Of a stretch of DNA of 64,000 nucleotides, positions 11,229 through 22,219 are shown piece by piece. The notes under the pieces were generated by a model. That model ran no database searches. It was not told the DNA's origin and worked only from the letters and a program-made list of their open reading frames with translations. Every line of letters begins with the position of its first letter. Within the stretch, counting starts at the first letter, position 1. Source of the DNA: an uncultured cyanobacterium (lineage in GTDB: Bacteria > Cyanobacteriota > Cyanobacteriia > Pseudanabaenales > Pseudanabaenaceae); contig OY969811.1 of NCBI GenBank assembly GCA_963703315.1, positions 416,001 to 480,000 of the forward strand, read 5' to 3'. The position numbers and the translations under genes are program-made.

Positions 11229-13046
11229 CTATGGTTTAAGTGAAGAAGAGATAAATCCATTCTTGATTAAACTCTTAGCAGATTCAGCATTTACAGGTCT
11301 AGAAAATAAATACCCCTGAGCAAATGTACAACCTAATTTTTTGATTTCTGCTAACTGCTCCTCAGTTTCCACCCCTTCCGCGATCGTATGCATCTTTAAA
11401 CTCTGAGCTAGAGCAATAATTGCACTGATAATCTCTGTATTCTTGCCATTTTCCCCAATTCGCATTACAAAGGAGCGATCTATTTTGAGATGATCGATGG
11501 GTAATCGATGGAGATAGCTGAGTGAAGAATAACCTGTCCCAAAATCATCGATACTCAACTGAATATGGCGATCGCGCAATTTTTCAATAATCTTGCCAGC
11601 AAAGTCGGCATTCTCCATAATGTCACTTTCGGTAATTTCTAGTCTTAAAGAAGCTCCATCAATTCCAGTTTCCAACAGAATATTATCGATCTGCTTCAAT
11701 AAGTCAAAACTCATAAAATGTTTTACAGAAAGATTGACATTCATCGTCAGAGATGGGGCAACCACCCCATCATTTCGCCATTGACGCAATTGCTGACAGG
11801 ATTGACGCACCATAAAGAGATCAATTGCCACTACTAATCCTGTATCTTCAGCGATCGGGATAAATTTAGTAGGAGCGACTTGTCCTTTTTCAGGATGATT
11901 CCAGCGCACTAATGCTTCCAAGGAAGAAATTTCGTTAGTGTTAATGTCAACTATTGGCTGGTAATAAGCTTCAAATTCATTCCTCTCTAAGGCGTGTCTT
12001 AGTTCAGACTCTAATTGAAAGTTATGGAGAGCATGGCTATGCATGGTTTGCTCAAAGACCTGATAGCAGGCTTTTCCATTTGCCTTGGCGCGATACATGG
12101 CGGTGTCAGCATCACGCAAGATATGTTCAGGCTGTGTGTAAATATTACTACCCATAACAATGCCAATACTGACATTGGTAAATACCTGATAATCAGCGAT
12201 TTGGAAAGGTTCAGACAATTCACGCAAAATCTTATTAGCAATTTGGGTTGCCGTAGAGACATCATCAATATTGTGGAGCAGGATTACAAATTCATCGCCC
12301 CCTAGACGACAAAGCATGGAACTAGGATGCAGGCATAGCTCGATCCTGCGAGCGAGTAAAACTAATAGCTGATCTCCAACGGAATGACCGAGGGAGTCAT
12401 TTACTGATTGAAAGCGATCGCAATCTAAAAATAAAACCGCAAAGTGATAACCGACCTGATTATTGGCTTGTTGGAAGATCTGCTCTAAGCGTTTCATAAA
12501 CCAAGTGCGATTAGGTAGCCCCGTGAGGACATCGTGTAGCGCTAGATGCAAAAGTCGCTCTTGCGCTTGTAGACGCTCGGCAATTTCTTGTTCTAGCTGG
12601 ACAGTTCGCTGGCGTACCCTTTGTTCAAGTTCAGCATTTAGTTGGTTGATTTCTTTTTGGGCGGCTCTTAAACTTAAGTGGGTTTGAATACGGGCTAAAA
12701 CTTCTTCTAACTGAAATGGTTTGGTGATGTAGTCCACACCACCCACACTAAAAGCTTTAACTTTATCGATGACTTCATCTAAAGCACTCAAAAAAATTAT
12801 GGGAATATCACAGGTTTTTTCATTGGCTTTTAGACGTTGACAAACTTCGTAGCCATCGATATTGGGCATCATGATATCGAGCAGAATCAAGTCTGGATTT
12901 GCTGCTTGAGCTACTGTCAAAGCCATTAAGCCATCAGTAACACTCCGAACCTTATAGCCTTGCTCCGTTAAAGTTGTCGATAAAAAGCGTAGGTTATTCG
13001 GCATATCATCGACTATCAAGATGTCTCCACTATATTCTCTAGTCAT
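11229..13046 (-). CDS. REC-GGDEF-EAL c-di-GMP signalling protein
   Basis: Receiver domain, RLGGDEF, EAL, DDFGTGYSS and AEGVET. Confidence 0.93.
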   Translation of the reverse strand: MTREYSGDILIVDDMPNNLRFLSTTLTEQGYKVRSVTDGLMALTVAQAANPDLILLDIMMPNIDGYEVCQRLKANEKTCDIPIIFLSALDEVIDKVKAFSVGGVDYITKPFQLEEVLARIQTHLSLRAAQKEINQLNAELEQRVRQRTVQLEQEIAERLQAQERLLHLALHDVLTGLPNRTWFMKRLEQIFQQANNQVGYHFAVLFLDCDRFQSVNDSLGHSVGDQLLVLLARRIELCLHPSSMLCRLGGDEFVILLHNIDDVSTATQIANKILRELSEPFQIADYQVFTNVSIGIVMGSNIYTQPEHILRDADTAMYRAKANGKACYQVFEQTMHSHALHNFQLESELRHALERNEFEAYYQPIVDINTNEISSLEALVRWNHPEKGQVAPTKFIPIAEDTGLVVAIDLFMVRQSCQQLRQWRNDGVVAPSLTMNVNLSVKHFMSFDLLKQIDNILLETGIDGASLRLEITESDIMENADFAGKIIEKLRDRHIQLSIDDFGTGYSSLSYLHRLPIDHLKIDRSFVMRIGENGKNTEIISAIIALAQSLKMHTIAEGVETEEQLAEIKKLGCTFAQGYLFSRPVNAESAKSLIKNGFISSSLKP

Positions 13047-13118
13047 TAGTTAGCCATATAACCATAAAGTTTTTTGCTTAAAGCTTTCCCAATGACAACT
13101 AGGTGTCACCGAATCTAA

Positions 13119-13234
13119 TAAGTAGCCGGGCATAATTAAAAGCCAGAGCCAAAACCTGTGGCGCACGCGCAGCGTACGCCACAGGTTTTGGGACAGGTTT
13201 TGGGATTTTATATTTAATTGCGCCCAGCTACTTA
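13119..13234. mobile_element. MITE with TAAGTAGC...GCTACTTA ends and internal REP hairpin
   Basis: Terminal inverted repeats; related full copy at 41560-41663. Confidence 0.7.
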
Positions 13235-13424
13235 TTAGCAAGGCATCATTAAGCATTGATATTAAGCTAGCCATTGATTTTAAGTCTATTATTACAATCC
13301 GTTTTATGTTTTTTATTTAGGGAGGTACAAATGACTCTTTACTCTAAAAAGCAATGATGGACTGCACTGCTCAAAGTTTATAATGGATGTACCAATGATC
13401 AAGGCGATCGCGACGATTACTTAT

Positions 13425-16400
13425 CTACTTATCAAGATTCTGCTCAAGAGCTTCTTGAGCTAGACCCATGATCTGATTGTAACAAAAATTATCAGCAAGA
13501 CTGAGTAAAGAATGAATTAAAGCCGTGTTATTGCTGGGAATATCCTCCGCTAATTCGGCAATTAAGTCACTGTCTGCCATACTTGCAGATCGATGTAGTT
13601 TTTTGAGCCAACTAGTCGGCATTTGCGGCAAAAATTGTTTGAGATAGGAGATTGATGTTTCAAGGTCAATGTTTTCCCTGCCAATATTACCCATGACATC
13701 AGCATTCGTTTCAGTTTCGTATAGATAAACTACTCCGAGATATTCTGCCAACTTTTCTAAAATTAATGCTTCTCGAAATGGTTTCCGCACAAAGTCATCA
13801 CATCCTGCCGATAGAATAATCGTTTTTTCTTCTTCTAAGGCACTGGCGGTTAAGGCAATAATTACGGTCGCCTGTCCTTTTAAGTGAGCTTTAATCTGCC
13901 TTGTGGCTTCATACCCATCCATAACTGGCATTCGCATATCCATCCAGATAAGTTGGGGCTGCCACTCTTCCCAAATGACGATCGCTTCTGCCCCATTTTC
14001 GGCTTCACGGACTTGGAAGCCCACAGCTTCGAGCAATTTAACTAGCAAATGCCGACTTTCCCAACGATCTTCGACAACTAGAAGTCGATATTCAGGTTGG
14101 TTGGGGGCTAAGCCAATCACATAGCGATCGCTTAGTGGTTTAGACACAGCAGGAGCTTTAGGTACATCTACTGGTAGAAAAACCTCAAAACTACTGCCTT
14201 CTCCAACCCTACTACTGACAGCAATCTTACCCCCTAAAAACTGAGCAAACTTACGGCTGATCGGTAAACCTAAACCTGTTCCTTCGGAGGATTGTTTACC
14301 TAGTTCCGTTTGTTCAAAGGCTTCAAAAATCTTTTCTAAAGAGTTGGAGGGAATCCCTTCACCAGTATCAGCTACGGTAAATTTTAAAATCGTCTGATTT
14401 TCTAATCTGACAACTTCTGTGGGAATTACGGATGGCTCGATCGCCTCAGCAGCTAAAGTCACAGATCCAAAGGTAGTGAATTTAATCGCATTACTCAACA
14501 AATTAATGAGAATCTGACGTAGTTTTCCTTCATCGGTATTAATCCAGCGTGGGACTGTTGGCGATCGCGTAAAGTTTAGCTGCAATGCTTTATCGTTAAC
14601 TTTCAGGCGAAACATTTTTTCGATAGTATCGAGCAGATGATATAGATCGAAACTAGTAATGTTTAGGGTGATGCGTCCAGATTCGATTTTGGACATATCT
14701 AAAACATCATTAATTAGTTCCAATAAATGTTCACCGCTATTATGAATTATTTTCAGATAGGAACGATGCGTATCCTTGAGCGTTGGATCGCGTGCCATTA
14801 GTTGAGCAAATCCCAGAATCGCATTTAGAGGTGTACGCAGTTCATGGCTCATCCTTGCTAAAAACTGTCCCTTTGCTTGGCTAGCGTCTTCAGCAGCTTG
14901 TTTCGCCTGTTGGAGTTGTTGCTCAGTGTGTTTGCGCTCAGTGACATCACGAGTTACCCAAATTACCGTTTCCGTATTAATCGGCGAGATACTGGCATTC
15001 CACCAAACTGGTTGACTGTCAGGGTGAAAACAATATTCGATATTTAAAGTTTTCTGTGTATCTAAGACTTGGCGTACAGAACTGGTGAATAACTCTGCGA
15101 GATCTGCTGGCAGGATTTCGGAAGGAAGTTTGCCAATTACCTCATTAGGTGTGAGCCATCCCACTTCGCGACGGGTGGGCGGGATTTTGAGAATCCGTCC
15201 TGTGTGATCGCGTACCAAGATCACTTCATCCATCGCCCCGAACAAGGCTTGCATTTCATCATTAGCTATTTTGAGTTTTTCTTCTGCTTGCTTATGATCA
15301 ATTCCCACCGCGATCGCATTGGCAATCAAATCGATAACTCGGACATCGGTATCTAGATGGGAATGCGAAATCATGATCATGATACCAATGACCTTGTTTT
15401 TGACAATCAGAGGATATCCCACTAGCGAAGCAATTTCTTTTTCTTGTAACCAGAGACGATCAGCCTCTGATAAATCTGCCAAAATCTGATCCGTTAATAG
15501 AGGCTGAAAACGCCCTTGGGTAATCGACCACATTTTGTCTTTCCCAATCAGAGTACTCAGGCGATCGCTATCTGATTGATTGTATTGACCAGTACTGACT
15601 TGTAAATCTAAAGTAGTTCCTAAGGGATTCATTGTCCAAATCTGAGCAAAAGCCACATTCATGTGTCGCCATAGAGATTCGACAAAGGATTGGAGGACAT
15701 CCTCTAATGTATAAAGTTGGGTTGATGCCGAACCAATTTCTGCCATTAAAATTGATAAATGCACGCGATCTAACAGTTCTGCTTCTACTTGCTTGCGATC
15801 GCTAATGTCAAAAATAGCTCCATCTAGCCACAATTGATCATCGTCACTGAAAACTCCTTGTCCTTTTTCATAAAGCCAACGAATATTGTCTTGAGCGTCA
15901 ATAATCCGATATTCAAGACAATATTGCTGTCTACAAGCTAGACTTTCACTAATATCCCGCCTAACCATCTCACAATCATCTGGATGAATGATACTTGACC
16001 AACTGCGGATTTGATTTTGGATAAAGTCTTCGGGCTGATAGCCTGTAATCTCGGTAACGGCTCCACCGATAAACGTCATTGTCCAATCGAGATCGTAGTC
16101 ACAACGATAAACAATCCCTGAGAAATTGGCAACTAAACTTCTAAACTGTTCTTCAGATGCTTGCAGCTCAGATGTACGTTCCTGAATTCGCAGTTCCAGA
16201 TTTTCATTAGTATTCTTTAATTCATAAAAAGAATGTTTTAGCTGGGTTGCCATTTGGTTAAATGATTGGGATAGCAGATTGAGTTCATTAATCCCCACAG
16301 GAGGGACTTCCCGATCTAATTCTCCATTTGCCAAAGCCTGACTAGCTAAAGTCAATCGCTGTAATGGTCTATTGATATATTGAGTAGTAAAAATCCCTAA

Positions 16401-17510
16401 GGCGATCGCACTACCAATTGATAGACAAGCAAATAGAATGGTTGTCTGCCGATTGATATCAATCTGCTCTGTAAAGTCTGACTCAGGCATGACCACCACA
16501 ATTAGCCAGTTAAGCCCATAGTCATCTCGATAAGGAAGTACTTTGAGAAATATTTGCTTCCCATCAATCCCAAATTTAATATTCTGCTCACTATTGATCT
16601 GCTCCCAGCCACCACGACCTTCTAAATATGCGGCGGCGGCTCGAATCGTTGATTGATTAATATTCTTAGCTGATATCCTTTGGAGATCTGGAGAGTTATT
16701 AGTGGTTGTATATAGATTCTCAGAAGTTGAGCTAGCGACTAATAGTCCAGAAGATTCGACAATAAAAGCTTGTCCTGACTTTCCGATGTTCAATTCACGC
16801 AGAAATTGACTAATATTTCCCAAAGCCAAATCTGTTCCCAAAATGCCAATGCGATCGCCATTCGCTCCATAGACCGCGAGACTAGCTGTAATTACCTGTT
16901 CAGGCAATTTGGAATCTTGATAAATGGGACTCCAAATCGGTTTCGCTGTTTTTAACGCTACTTGATACCAAGGTCGTTGACGAGCATCATAGAATTCTGG
17001 TTTCTCTTGAATTTGCAGACGGTTGCCTTGAGCATCAAGCGCATAATAATAACGCTGAAAACCACCCACATTCACTGCTAGCTGTAAAGACTTCTCTGGG
17101 CTGTATCCCTTATTCAAACGAGTGACTCCCACAAATTCCCCAGCCTTTTCGCCTCCATAATAAATCCAAGCAACTGTCGGGAAGTTCTGAATTTGTTGCC
17201 AGAGATACTTCTCACTAGCCTGACCTTGAGTTTTTAAGATGCCTTGCTGCACAGCATCGGCATTCAGTTTATTGACTAGATGCGGAGTTCTCAGATAAGA
17301 AGTTAGTTTTTGTTTGATGCGATCGCTGATTTCATTCTGGAGTTGCTCTACTAAGTTAGAGGTTGTCTGCTGCTCACTGCGCCAAGACAACCACGCAATT
17401 AAGCCCAATATACCAATAATCAAGGTCACAAACTGACCAATTAGAATAAACTGCAATGGCAACTTTCGCGGTTTACCAGAAAGAGATTGCGGCAAAAGGC
17501 GATCGTTCAT
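13425..17510 (-). CDS. Hybrid sensor histidine kinase (Cache-HAMP-PAS-GAF-PAS-HisKA-HATPase-REC)
   Basis: YDARQRPWY, MSHELRTPLN, NAIKFT, GTGLGL and WMDMRMPVMDG. Confidence 0.93.
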   Translation of the reverse strand: MNDRLLPQSLSGKPRKLPLQFILIGQFVTLIIGILGLIAWLSWRSEQQTTSNLVEQLQNEISDRIKQKLTSYLRTPHLVNKLNADAVQQGILKTQGQASEKYLWQQIQNFPTVAWIYYGGEKAGEFVGVTRLNKGYSPEKSLQLAVNVGGFQRYYYALDAQGNRLQIQEKPEFYDARQRPWYQVALKTAKPIWSPIYQDSKLPEQVITASLAVYGANGDRIGILGTDLALGNISQFLRELNIGKSGQAFIVESSGLLVASSTSENLYTTTNNSPDLQRISAKNINQSTIRAAAAYLEGRGGWEQINSEQNIKFGIDGKQIFLKVLPYRDDYGLNWLIVVVMPESDFTEQIDINRQTTILFACLSIGSAIALGIFTTQYINRPLQRLTLASQALANGELDREVPPVGINELNLLSQSFNQMATQLKHSFYELKNTNENLELRIQERTSELQASEEQFRSLVANFSGIVYRCDYDLDWTMTFIGGAVTEITGYQPEDFIQNQIRSWSSIIHPDDCEMVRRDISESLACRQQYCLEYRIIDAQDNIRWLYEKGQGVFSDDDQLWLDGAIFDISDRKQVEAELLDRVHLSILMAEIGSASTQLYTLEDVLQSFVESLWRHMNVAFAQIWTMNPLGTTLDLQVSTGQYNQSDSDRLSTLIGKDKMWSITQGRFQPLLTDQILADLSEADRLWLQEKEIASLVGYPLIVKNKVIGIMIMISHSHLDTDVRVIDLIANAIAVGIDHKQAEEKLKIANDEMQALFGAMDEVILVRDHTGRILKIPPTRREVGWLTPNEVIGKLPSEILPADLAELFTSSVRQVLDTQKTLNIEYCFHPDSQPVWWNASISPINTETVIWVTRDVTERKHTEQQLQQAKQAAEDASQAKGQFLARMSHELRTPLNAILGFAQLMARDPTLKDTHRSYLKIIHNSGEHLLELINDVLDMSKIESGRITLNITSFDLYHLLDTIEKMFRLKVNDKALQLNFTRSPTVPRWINTDEGKLRQILINLLSNAIKFTTFGSVTLAAEAIEPSVIPTEVVRLENQTILKFTVADTGEGIPSNSLEKIFEAFEQTELGKQSSEGTGLGLPISRKFAQFLGGKIAVSSRVGEGSSFEVFLPVDVPKAPAVSKPLSDRYVIGLAPNQPEYRLLVVEDRWESRHLLVKLLEAVGFQVREAENGAEAIVIWEEWQPQLIWMDMRMPVMDGYEATRQIKAHLKGQATVIIALTASALEEEKTIILSAGCDDFVRKPFREALILEKLAEYLGVVYLYETETNADVMGNIGRENIDLETSISYLKQFLPQMPTSWLKKLHRSASMADSDLIAELAEDIPSNNTALIHSLLSLADNFCYNQIMGLAQEALEQNLDK

Positions 17511-17542
17511 AAAAATAACTTAGGGGCAAGTTTTTGTATGTT

Positions 17543-17875
17543 TAGGACTTACGCAAATTAAAAACTGCCCTCATCCCCCACCCCCTTCTCCCAGAGAGGG
17601 AGAAGGGGAGTAAGAATTTTTTCTTGTTCCCCTCTCCTCTTTGGGAGCTACCGTGTACACACAAGTCTAACTGTCTACGTTTCGATTGATCTAAGCCCCC
17701 TAAATCCCCCAATTCTGGGGGACTTTGAAAGAATTTTATTTTCTTGTTCCCCCAGAATTGGGGGCTAGGGGGCGATTAATTGTTGACTTGACTAGGTTTT
17801 ATGACTTGTGTGTACACCGTAGCTTTGGGAGAGGGGCTAGGGGTGAGGGTCTTAGCAACTTCTGCGTAAGTCCTA
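17543..17875. mobile_element. MITE with TAGGACTTACGCA terminal inverted repeats
   Basis: taggacttacgca ... tgcgtaagtccta; contains C-rich/G-rich hairpin arms and a nested element. Confidence 0.75.
17648..17822. mobile_element. Nested 175-bp MITE with 20-bp TIRs and 9-bp target duplication
   Basis: ctaccgtgtacacacaagtc ... gacttgtgtgtacaccgtag; ctttgggag repeated at 17639-17647 and 17823-17831. Confidence 0.85.
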
Positions 17876-17896
17876 ATGTTTTCAGATTATCTTACC

Positions 17897-18577
17897 CTAG
17901 CTCAAGGTTTTGACTGTGATAGCTTGTAAACATCTGGTAATTCTTGCCGCAATGCGTAACCGCTTTGCATACCAATTAGCAACTGGATCTACCCCTGAGA
18001 GTTCGCTGGTCGCAATCCGATTCAGTCCATGATCGGCTCCAGAGCTATGGATATATTTGTCATCACCAATATAGATGCCGACATGAGTTGCTTTTTGAGC
18101 AGTCCCAAAAAAGACAAGATCACCGATTTGCATTGCATAAAATGGGATTGGCTCACCAAAAGCCTCTTGTTGATAAGCATCACGGGGAATCCAAATCCCA
18201 ACTGAGGCAAAGGCTGCTTGCATTAATCCCGAACAGTCATAATTTGGTGCAACCGTCCCGCCCCATAGATATTTATTGGGGACTGCCATTGCTTGTTTGA
18301 TAAAATCTATTACCTGCGGCAGGCGATCGCTGATTTCCTGAGCAGTTAAAACTGGCGGTAAATTATCAACAAAACTTGGGCGATCGCTTGGTACTAACTT
18401 CTCAAAATCTCGGCGATCGAGCAATCCTGTATAACTATCTTCGAGTAATTGAATTTTTAGGAAACTGGGCTGAGATTCTACTACTTGCAAATATCTACCC
18501 TTTGCCATCTGGGTCGCGAGGCGATCGAGCTTTGGTGAATCGTAAATATTAATGTCAGCCAAACTACGATAAATCAT
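17897..18577 (-). CDS. NlpC/P60 (C40) peptidase
   Basis: YLWGG, DCSGL, GDLVFF, HVGIY and YIHSS. Confidence 0.92.
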   Translation of the reverse strand: MIYRSLADINIYDSPKLDRLATQMAKGRYLQVVESQPSFLKIQLLEDSYTGLLDRRDFEKLVPSDRPSFVDNLPPVLTAQEISDRLPQVIDFIKQAMAVPNKYLWGGTVAPNYDCSGLMQAAFASVGIWIPRDAYQQEAFGEPIPFYAMQIGDLVFFGTAQKATHVGIYIGDDKYIHSSGADHGLNRIATSELSGVDPVANWYAKRLRIAARITRCLQAITVKTLS

Positions 18578-18714
18578 AAGTACAGTCTATTAAAAATTTC
18601 TCTGGGGTTTCATTATCTGCATGAAATGGATATTTCAGAATCATCCCACATTAGCTGTCCAGTGCCATACTTGTTGTATCTAGAGGTTGTTACTTGTAAT
18701 CTGGGAATAAAGTC

Positions 18715-19995
18715 TTGTCAATAACAATGTCACAACAAACAGTGTCAAAACGAAGAAGCGATCGCTTGGTGTTATCTAATGGCATTGTGGTCTTAGTAAC
18801 CGAAAATCCAACGGCTGACATTATCGCAGCACGTTGCTTTTTTGCAGGTGGAGAGCGCGTTGAAACCCCTCAAAAGTCTGGTCTAACCCATTTAGCGGCT
18901 TCATTGATGACACGCGGTACGACCCACTATTCTTCGTTAGAAATTGCTGAACAGGTGGAGTCCATTGGCGCATCACTAGGTACTGAGTCTTCTAGTGATT
19001 ACTTTTTGCTATCTCTCAAAACAATTACTGCTGATTTTCATGACATCCTGTTGCTAGGATCAGAAATTTTGCGATCGCCTAGCTATCCCAATAGTGAACT
19101 GGATCTGGAGAGACGACTGACCATCCAATCAATCCGATCGCAGCAAGAGCGTCCCTTTACGATTGCTTACGATCGCTTGCAAAGGTTGATGTATGGCGAT
19201 CATCCCTATGGATTTTCTAGTTTGGGGACTGAAGAAAGCGTTAGTGCGATTACTCGTAATGATCTAGTAGATTTTCATCAACATCATTTGCGCCCCGATC
19301 AAATGGTGGTCAGTATCGCTGGCAAAATTTCTCCTGAACAGGCGATCGCACTGGTTGGTGAAGCCTTTGGCGATTGGCAAAGTCCTGCTCAACCTCAGAT
19401 AATTACTACGCCTACACCCCAGTTTCAACCATTGTTAGTCACCCATGAACAGGATACCCAACAGGCGATCGTGGTCATCGGCTATCCTGCCCCATCGGTT
19501 AGCTCTCCTGACTATGCAGCTTTAAAAATTATTTCAACTTACTTAGGCAATGGTTTATCCAGTCGCCTATTTGTGGAGTTACGGGAGAAGCGTGGACTTG
19601 CCTACGAAGTTTCGGCATTTTATCCCACTCGTTTAGAAGCATCGCAGTTTGTCGCCTATATTGGCACGGCTTCGCAAAATACGGGTACGGCTTTGGCAGG
19701 TTTGCGCCATGAGTGCGAGAGATTGGCAATGGTTGCCCTCACGGAAGATGAGCTATCAATTTGTAAAAGTAAGCTGCTCGGACAATATGCCCTCGGTAAG
19801 CAAACTAATAGTCAACTCGCGCAAGTCTATGGCTGGTATGAGGTAATGGGGCTAGGGCTAGAGTTTGATCACCAATTTGTCGAAGCGATCGAGTCGGTGA
19901 CTGTCGCTGATGTTCAGAATGTGGCTCAAAAGTATTTTGCTACGCCTGCGATTTCTGTGGTTGGTTCTGTAGATGCTTTGAAACAGGTAAACTAG
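18715..19995 (+). CDS. M16 peptidase family, non-catalytic subunit
   Basis: SRLFVELREKRGLAY; HxxEH replaced by HLAAS. Confidence 0.9.
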   Translation: MSITMSQQTVSKRRSDRLVLSNGIVVLVTENPTADIIAARCFFAGGERVETPQKSGLTHLAASLMTRGTTHYSSLEIAEQVESIGASLGTESSSDYFLLSLKTITADFHDILLLGSEILRSPSYPNSELDLERRLTIQSIRSQQERPFTIAYDRLQRLMYGDHPYGFSSLGTEESVSAITRNDLVDFHQHHLRPDQMVVSIAGKISPEQAIALVGEAFGDWQSPAQPQIITTPTPQFQPLLVTHEQDTQQAIVVIGYPAPSVSSPDYAALKIISTYLGNGLSSRLFVELREKRGLAYEVSAFYPTRLEASQFVAYIGTASQNTGTALAGLRHECERLAMVALTEDELSICKSKLLGQYALGKQTNSQLAQVYGWYEVMGLGLEFDHQFVEAIESVTVADVQNVAQKYFATPAISVVGSVDALKQVN

Positions 19996-20001
19996 TTTGG
20001 T

Positions 20002-20166
20002 ATATAGCTCTCGCCATTTGCAAGAACAAATCAAAACCCAAGAAGCGCTTCGCACCGCCAAGCGTCTTCTGGTTTTGTGTCCTAACAAGACTGTGAAGTA
20101 CAAGATTGTTTCCCCGCCGAAGGCGGGGAAACAATCCTCTTACCTCGCTTGCTTGAAAAGCGCTAT
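20002..20166. repeat. MITE/REP-like element
   Basis: tatagc...gctata ends; the gattgtttccccgcc-gaa-ggcggggaaacaatc hairpin and its flanks recur inverted at ~51400-51480. Confidence 0.65.
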
Positions 20167-20206
20167 AAAACTTGTAAATCATGTATTTAATGGAGTGAAT
20201 TTATCT

Positions 20207-20665
20207 GTGTTGAATCTCAAAGGTTATGGGAAAAGCTTTAAACAAGTCGCGATCGCCTTTTGCTTGATGGTTATACTAGTTGGGACGATGTTTTTACCAG
20301 TTTTAACTCAACCTGCACTAGCTCAAAGTGGAGCGACCGCCTCAGCCCGAAATGCATCTATCGAAAAGTTGCAAGTGCTTAGCGATCGCTTTGATCGTCT
20401 CGAAAAATTTGTCTATCAGCGCAACTGGAACGATGTCATCACTTATATTCATGGTCCCTTTGGCGAAATTCGCCGTGAAATCAGAGCGATCGTCGGTCAG
20501 TTAGACAAAACTCAGAAGAGCAAAGCTACTGATTTGGCAAATGACCTATTCAAAAACTTTATAAAAATTGATAATGCTGCCAAAGATAGAGATGGAACTG
20601 CGATCGATGCTGCATTTAAAGACGCACTCCAATCTTTTGAAGCCATCATTGATTTAGTCATCTAA
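20207..20665 (+). CDS. psbQ: Photosystem II extrinsic protein PsbQ/CyanoQ (start codon uncertain)
   Basis: NWNDVITYIHGPFGEIR and LFKNFIKIDNAA; signal peptide; the longer ORF-track N-terminus lies in a repeat element. Confidence 0.8.
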   Translation: MLNLKGYGKSFKQVAIAFCLMVILVGTMFLPVLTQPALAQSGATASARNASIEKLQVLSDRFDRLEKFVYQRNWNDVITYIHGPFGEIRREIRAIVGQLDKTQKSKATDLANDLFKNFIKIDNAAKDRDGTAIDAAFKDALQSFEAIIDLVI

Positions 20666-20710
20666 ATTATAAAAGGGACGCTTTGCGTCCCTTTTATAAT
20701 TTATGGGTTT

Positions 20711-21850
20711 ATGCAAAAACCAATTTATCTTGATTGTCATGCTACTACACCTGTCGATGAGCGGGTGTTAGAAGCAATGTTGCCCTATTTTCGAGAGTCA
20801 TTTGGGAATCCTGCTAGCGGGCATCTGTACGGATGGGAAGCGGAGTCGGCAATTAAATTAGCGCGTGAGGCGATCGCCCATTCCATTAATGCGATACCTG
20901 AAGAAATTGTTTTTACCAGTGGTGCAACTGAAGCTAATAATCTGGCACTGAAGGGAGTTGCTGAGGCTTACCACCAAAAAGGGCGGCATATCATCACGGT
21001 TCAAACCGAACATAACGCCATTCTCGATCCCTGTAGTTATTTACAATCTCTAGGATTTGAGATTACCTATTTAGCTGTTCAATCCGATGGTCTCATTGAT
21101 TTACAGGAATTAGAAGCTGCGATTCGTCCAGATACAATTTTAGTCTCAGTCATGGCGGCAAATAATGAGATTGGGGTGTTGCAACCGATCGCTACCATTG
21201 GTGCAATCTGTCGCGATCGCCAAGTTCTCTTTCATAGCGATGCCGCTCAAGCGATCGGTAAAATCCCCCTTGATGTGAAGGCAATGCAGATTGATTTGAT
21301 GTCGCTCACTGCCCACAAAATCTATGGTGCAAAGGGAATTGGTGCTTTATATGTAGGTCGTCGTCCTAGAGTCAATCTTGCACCACAGTTACATGGAGGC
21401 GGACATGAAAGGGGAATGCGTTCTGGAACTCTCTACACTCCACAAATTGTTGGTTTTGCTAAGGCGATGGAAATAGCGATCGCTTCTCAAGTTGAGGAAC
21501 AACATCAAGCTCTAACACTAAGACAACATTTATGGGAACGCTTAAGTGAGCTTGATTGTGTACTGCTCAATGGACATCCTAGCCAACGACTTGCGGGTAA
21601 TCTCAATGTTAGTTTTAAGGGAATTAATGGAACTGCTTTAATCTTAGCTTTACAACCAGTTGTTGCCATCTCTTCAGGTTCCGCTTGTAGCTCCGCCAAG
21701 ACTTCCCCTTCCCATGTTCTCACGGCTCTCGGACATTCCAAAGAACTAGCTTATGCTTCCATTCGTTTTGGTATTGGCAGATTTAATACCTTTGATCAGA
21801 TAGAAACTGTTGCCAATCATGTGATTGTGTCAGTGCGATCGCTTCAGTGA
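20711..21850 (+). CDS. iscS: Cysteine desulfurase (IscS/NifS class)
   Basis: YLDCHATTP, SGATEANN, AHKIYG and SSGSACSS. Confidence 0.9.
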   Translation: MQKPIYLDCHATTPVDERVLEAMLPYFRESFGNPASGHLYGWEAESAIKLAREAIAHSINAIPEEIVFTSGATEANNLALKGVAEAYHQKGRHIITVQTEHNAILDPCSYLQSLGFEITYLAVQSDGLIDLQELEAAIRPDTILVSVMAANNEIGVLQPIATIGAICRDRQVLFHSDAAQAIGKIPLDVKAMQIDLMSLTAHKIYGAKGIGALYVGRRPRVNLAPQLHGGGHERGMRSGTLYTPQIVGFAKAMEIAIASQVEEQHQALTLRQHLWERLSELDCVLLNGHPSQRLAGNLNVSFKGINGTALILALQPVVAISSGSACSSAKTSPSHVLTALGHSKELAYASIRFGIGRFNTFDQIETVANHVIVSVRSLQ

Positions 21851-22219
21851 TTTGGAGTCTGCCATAAATCGTTACAGTTATTGATCGCCAAATCAGGCAA
21901 GATCTATTGCTAAAGGTTCTCAAAATTTCTTCAGCCTTTAGTTTATAAGTTCTCAGAGAAATGTCAATCTTTGCGAAGCTTAGTAAATAAATGTGATGAT
22001 AATCAAATTTGGTGCTTTTACAGTAGATATAATTAGAACGTATCAATGGATTTAAGGTATTTATACCAAGCAAAAAACTTGATTTTAAGACTTAATTAAT
22101 GAGTCATTTATCGAAAAGTTCTTAATTAATCTCTTAACTAGTGTTTGAGGCTGCAACTTGATCCATCTTGATCCATGAATTTGATCTAATCATTAACTTG
22201 GTTAGGGAGTTAAATTATC

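Noticed and set aside
18715..19995. Loss of HxxEH in the M16 peptidase as a novelty
   Set aside because: Non-catalytic M16B subunits are common.
19997..20206. N-terminal extension of PsbQ in the ORF track
   Set aside because: It runs through a MITE/REP element and is probably a chance open frame.
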